The notes under the pieces were generated by a model. That model searched no databases, was not told where the DNA came from, and saw nothing but the letters and a program-made list of their open reading frames with translations. A DNA stretch of 61,560 bases from a virus (Duplodnaviria; Caudoviricetes): the IMG/VR virus record IMGVR_UViG_3300009183_000101, positions 1 through 61,560 of that record, one strand, 5' to 3'. Shown here one piece after another: positions 57,974-61,560 of the stretch. Positions within the stretch are counted from its first letter, which is position 1. Each line of letters starts with the position of its first letter. The position numbers and the translations under genes are program-made.

Positions 57974-58543
57974 ATGAAAAAATACATATTAACGATGTTT
58001 GCAATATTGGGATTTGCAACATCATTTGGACAAACATTCAATGGAATGATTATTGGGGGCACTATGGCTCAAATGAGATTTAAGTTAGAAGCAAAAGGTT
58101 TTAAGTTGGACGAAATTAAGCCTAACCTAATTTGGATGAAAGGGAAAATGGCTAATAAAAATGTTTTAGTTGGGATATTAGGTACATCCAAAACTAAAAA
58201 TGTTTGGAAGATTATTACAATATTTGATTCTCAAGAAAGTTGGAGTTCGCTAAAATCTGAATATCTTGATATGAAAACAATATTGATAAAAAAATATGGT
58301 ACACCAACTGATTGTTATGCATTTTTTAAATCCCCTTATTATGAAGGCGATGGATATGAGTTATTGGCAATTTCTAAAGAGAATGCAACATTCTCGTGTT
58401 TTTGGGAAAATATTGAAAATGGCAAAATGAATGTTTCTGTAGAAATAGGTACAAGTCAATCTGTGGTATTGCATTATGAAAATATTAAAATGATTCAACT
58501 CAAAATTAAAGAACAAGAAGAATTAGAGCAAAGTGCATTTTAA
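57974..58543 (+). CDS. secreted/periplasmic protein with Bacteroidota-type signal peptide
   Basis: MKKYILTMFAILGFATSFG|Q; L..KYG.P motif; promoter at 57921-57948, terminator at 58569-58597. Confidence 0.75.
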   Translation: MKKYILTMFAILGFATSFGQTFNGMIIGGTMAQMRFKLEAKGFKLDEIKPNLIWMKGKMANKNVLVGILGTSKTKNVWKIITIFDSQESWSSLKSEYLDMKTILIKKYGTPTDCYAFFKSPYYEGDGYELLAISKENATFSCFWENIENGKMNVSVEIGTSQSVVLHYENIKMIQLKIKEQEELEQSAF

Positions 58544-58608
58544 ATAAAATTCATATTTGATAAAAATTAAGTAGTCGTAATTGACTACTTTTTTTTTATC
58601 TTTGAATT

Positions 58609-59235
58609 ATGGAAAAACTACAAAAATATTTAAAAGACAGAGGACATTCCGAAATACAAGTAGATGGTATTATTGGAAACCAAACATTATCAGCATTGCA
58701 AATCTACATTTCAAAGAGAATCACAGAGAACAATTTTAAGTTCCCTAAAAAGGGTATAGTATGGATTAGGACTGATGAAAAGTTAACCAATACTTTTGAT
58801 GACTTCGGAGTATTGATTTTAGATGGAGTTGTTACAAGAGCATTTCCTTGTTCTACTACGGCAGGTAAGCACTACATAAAAAATCCTATTACTACAGGTG
58901 GTATTACGGGAACGGCAGTTACTATATCACCACAACAAGTATTAGGTTCGCATCAATTTAATACAAGTGGTAATTGGAAGTCACTATGGTTAGGTGCACC
59001 TTTCTTTAGACAGATTAAAAACCTAAAAATATATAGGGATGGTAATAAGGATGAAGTATTGGATAAACACACAATTACAAATGGTTTATATGGCATTCAT
59101 TTTCATAGAGGTGGATTAGGGTCTCTTATTGATAATTGGAGTGCAGGGTGTCACGTTACAAAAGATGCTATTTGGTTTGAGATTCAAAAATTATTTACAA
59201 ACGCAGAAATAATTGACTATACTATTATTTCTTAG
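58609..59235 (+). CDS. probable endolysin: PG-binding motif plus YkuD-like catalytic domain
   Basis: LQ.YL..VDGIIGNQT; GIHFHRG...WSAGC. Confidence 0.7.
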   Translation: MEKLQKYLKDRGHSEIQVDGIIGNQTLSALQIYISKRITENNFKFPKKGIVWIRTDEKLTNTFDDFGVLILDGVVTRAFPCSTTAGKHYIKNPITTGGITGTAVTISPQQVLGSHQFNTSGNWKSLWLGAPFFRQIKNLKIYRDGNKDEVLDKHTITNGLYGIHFHRGGLGSLIDNWSAGCHVTKDAIWFEIQKLFTNAEIIDYTIIS

Positions 59236-59523
59236 TTGTATATTTGCATTACGTTCTTTCAACTCGGAATTATTTAAAGCATATCAAGAGAGGTGTATGT
59301 GCTTTGTTTAATTTAGGGGGCTACAATATTTTATTTACTAAATAGATTCATTAATAATTTTTTATCGCTTACACCTATCAATTTCAAAACCTCAAGAATT
59401 AATTTTTTGAGGTTTTTTTTATTATATTTGTTATTTTGTAAAATAATATTATATTTGCATACCAAGTCGAATATCCTAACGGACAAAATAAGAAAACAGA
59501 GTGGCTGACTTACTGCTCTACAT

Positions 59524-59594
59524 TGCGAATTAGTGTAAAGGTAACACGATAGACTCATAACCTATAATACCAAGTTCGATTCTTGGATTCGCTA
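59524..59594 (+). tRNA. tRNA with CAT anticodon (Met or Ile2)
   Basis: GCGAAT/ATTCGC acceptor stem, GTGT/ACAC D stem, CTCATAA loop, CCAAG-TTCGATT-CTTGG T arm; promoter at 59430-59458. Confidence 0.8.
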
Positions 59595-59611
59595 CTAAAT
59601 TTAAAGAACAA

Positions 59612-59779
59612 ATGAGCGAAATAAAACAAACTTCAAAATTTATACCATTGGTAGGTATAATATTTATTTTATTAATAATTTGGTTATCAAAAAATAATGA
59701 AAAAAAAACCTCAGAGCATATAGTGACTGATACTATTATTTATTGGAACGGAGAAAAACTTATCAATGAATCACCATAA
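59612..59779 (+). CDS. 55-aa membrane protein (not in ORF track)
   Basis: MSEIKQTSKFIPLVGIIFILLIIWLS... Confidence 0.6.
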   Translation: MSEIKQTSKFIPLVGIIFILLIIWLSKNNEKKTSEHIVTDTIIYWNGEKLINESP

Positions 59780-59820
59780 ATTAAAACAAATGAGCAACGA
59801 AACATACGGAGGTAACTAAT

Positions 59821-60150
59821 ATGGATTTATATAATATGGGAATTGTGCCAATGATATTTGGTGTGCTTTTATCATTATCATTTATTGGTGGATTAGTTTG
59901 GTTTGTTAATTATAAAATTAGTGGACATTTATCACAAAAAGAATGGTTAACCCGATTTGTTGCTTTAATGTTAACATCGTTTTTAGGTTTATTTTTAGTT
60001 GATAAAGTAGTATCATTTAAAACACCTTTATTAACTCTCGAAATAAGTAATGGGTTATTTGAATTGATTAAAAACATTGTATTAATTGTGTTTGGCTATC
60101 AATTCCATACATCTGAAAAGGATAAAGAAAATAAAGAAACCGAGGATTAA
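59821..60150 (+). CDS. three-TM membrane protein
   Basis: hydrophobic helices and charged tail. Confidence 0.7.
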   Translation: MDLYNMGIVPMIFGVLLSLSFIGGLVWFVNYKISGHLSQKEWLTRFVALMLTSFLGLFLVDKVVSFKTPLLTLEISNGLFELIKNIVLIVFGYQFHTSEKDKENKETED

Positions 60151-60153
60151 CAA

Positions 60154-60798
60154 ATGAAAGTATTAAACGAAAACATAGACAACTTAAAATGCTTGATTAG
60201 ATTAAGCCATTTTACAAAAGATGAAGCAGATTACGATACATTTCACAAAGCATACGCTTTTGGGGTTCAATCCGTAGCAGGTAAAATTTTAACTTTTCAT
60301 ATTATGACGGATTATGGAATGTTGAGGTCACGAGTGCCTATTTCTGAAATATATTTAGAAGAGCCCGAAAATGATATACCTGCTCACTTTAAACAACTTT
60401 GGGATTGCTTTTCCGAAAATGTAAGTATGATTACTTACGACTATCTATATGAGAAGAGATGCGAAGTATTGCTTAAAGACAAAACAAAAGTTTGGGCAAC
60501 ATATTTATTTACCATTGATTGGTTTAGAAATGCGTATTCGGATGAACCTACAGATTACAAATGTGGTCATATTTTAGTTGCAGACGATGGTTATTTAATG
60601 TGCCAACCAAATAATAGAATTTTTTGGAGAGATTCAAATTGGATAACAAAAGAATTTCCATTAGATAGTAAACTTATCAAAGTTGACAATGAATTAATAA
60701 GCGTAGAAAGTTTTAGCGATAAATGGGTTGCTTCGGATGGAAACTCGTTTTACTACGATATTAATAATGTTGACGAAATCGTGAACGATTCAAAATAA
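60154..60798 (+). CDS. conserved-looking phage protein of unknown function
   Basis: QLWDCFS, YLFTIDW, KCGH, QPNNRI.W motifs. Confidence 0.7.
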   Translation: MKVLNENIDNLKCLIRLSHFTKDEADYDTFHKAYAFGVQSVAGKILTFHIMTDYGMLRSRVPISEIYLEEPENDIPAHFKQLWDCFSENVSMITYDYLYEKRCEVLLKDKTKVWATYLFTIDWFRNAYSDEPTDYKCGHILVADDGYLMCQPNNRIFWRDSNWITKEFPLDSKLIKVDNELISVESFSDKWVASDGNSFYYDINNVDEIVNDSK

Positions 60799-60872
60799 CA
60801 TTAAAAAGAACTTATCACAATAATGCATAAATAGTGATAAAAAAGAGGAGTGTGGAGACCACGCTCGGAATT

Positions 60873-60893
60873 GGGGCGAGAGCCCCTTTTTTT
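60873..60893 (+). terminator. intrinsic terminator with GAGA tetraloop
   Basis: GGGGC-GAGA-GCCCC followed by T7. Confidence 0.75.
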
Positions 60894-60919
60894 GTGGGGT
60901 AAATCGGCATTGGCAATAC

Positions 60920-61210
60920 AAAGAGTCTAAAAAATCAAGAACCAAACAATACTCCCCCTACATAAAGGGGAATAAAACCAAACAATCCTCCCCCCACAAT
61001 AACTAAGCGTAAACTAAAGTGTAAACCAATTAAATAGCAACTACCTAAAAACCAAACACATACTATAAACCAAGGTGTAAACCAATCAAATAAACCCCAC
61101 CCATAAACCAAACCAACCAAAAAATCAGAGTCCAAAATATCAAGAGTCCATAATAAATTTGACAAAGTTGACTTATAGGTTGACAAAATAGTTGACAAAG
61201 TTGACAACGA
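60920..61210. repeat. non-coding, strand-biased repeat region (AAACC runs; five TTGAC copies)
   Basis: TTGAC at 61159, 61168, 61180, 61192, 61201; AGAGTC at 60922, 61127, 61143. Confidence 0.65.
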
Positions 61211-61297
61211 AAAAAAACCTACTTTTTACAAGTTGTTGAAAATCAATGAAGTTTGAAGAGAACAAAATTTAAAGTATATTTGTCAAAAAAATAAATT

Positions 61298-61537
61298 ATG
61301 AAAACTAATGTATTATATTATATAGGTCGACCCGAGGTTTCTATTGGGGGTAGATTTGGTAGAAGGGCAACAACATATACAACGGCTACAAAAGGAGAAA
61401 ATGGTGATGTTGCTTTTGGGCAAATAACTGTATTAACATATGGGAAAGCATCAATACCAAAAAATGTAATTCACATATCACGAGTGGATTTTAAAAAACT
61501 TGTAAGCGAACAAGATTACAAGAAACTTCCCAAATAA
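61298..61537 (+). CDS. small basic hypothetical protein
   Basis: ORF after a TATATTTG promoter. Confidence 0.65.
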   Translation: MKTNVLYYIGRPEVSIGGRFGRRATTYTTATKGENGDVAFGQITVLTYGKASIPKNVIHISRVDFKKLVSEQDYKKLPK

Positions 61538-61560
61538 ACCAAAAATAAAAAATAATTCAT

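Noticed and set aside
59790-59819. 9-aa mini-ORF MSNETYGGN with a good leader
   Set aside because: Too short; probably a deletion remnant
60935-61207. 90-aa hydrophobic minus-strand ORF
   Set aside because: Composition follows from the AAACC/TTGAC DNA repeats
1-61560. Complete genome, prophage or alternative genetic code
   Set aside because: No terminal repeats, integrase or host flanks seen; standard-code ORFs tile the window

Overview
AT-rich dsDNA bacterial virus sequence, gene-dense and mostly on the minus strand. Many TAnnTTTG (-7) promoters point to a Bacteroidota host. I recognise no terminase, portal, HK97-type capsid or tail gene. Instead there is an FtsK/HerA (A32/P9-like) packaging ATPase (22070-22885), a beta-rich 232-aa major-capsid candidate (21064-21762) with a split paralog, and about 26 small membrane proteins, which suggests a large tailless, membrane-containing virus. 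Two short sequence motifs recur across unrelated proteins. (1) A [FYL]-x-[NGS]-[AF]-D-[GA] motif occurs in about 11 virion-operon proteins next to an HExxH metalloprotease. (2) A [MYF]-[AE]-x-G-G linker occurs about 35 times and divides three ~1000-aa proteins into unrelated modules (ART-like, DUF2958-like, beta-clamp-like, many unknown); these genes flank an intein-containing AAA+/vWA-like pair. Also present: a minimal PolB-like protein, RecE-like/RecT, RusA, a topoisomerase IB catalytic domain, two DNA methyltransferases, a glycosylation cluster, four peptidoglycan enzymes, one tRNA(CAT), candidate sRNAs and an origin-like repeat region. All family assignments come from motif recognition by eye; no searches were run.
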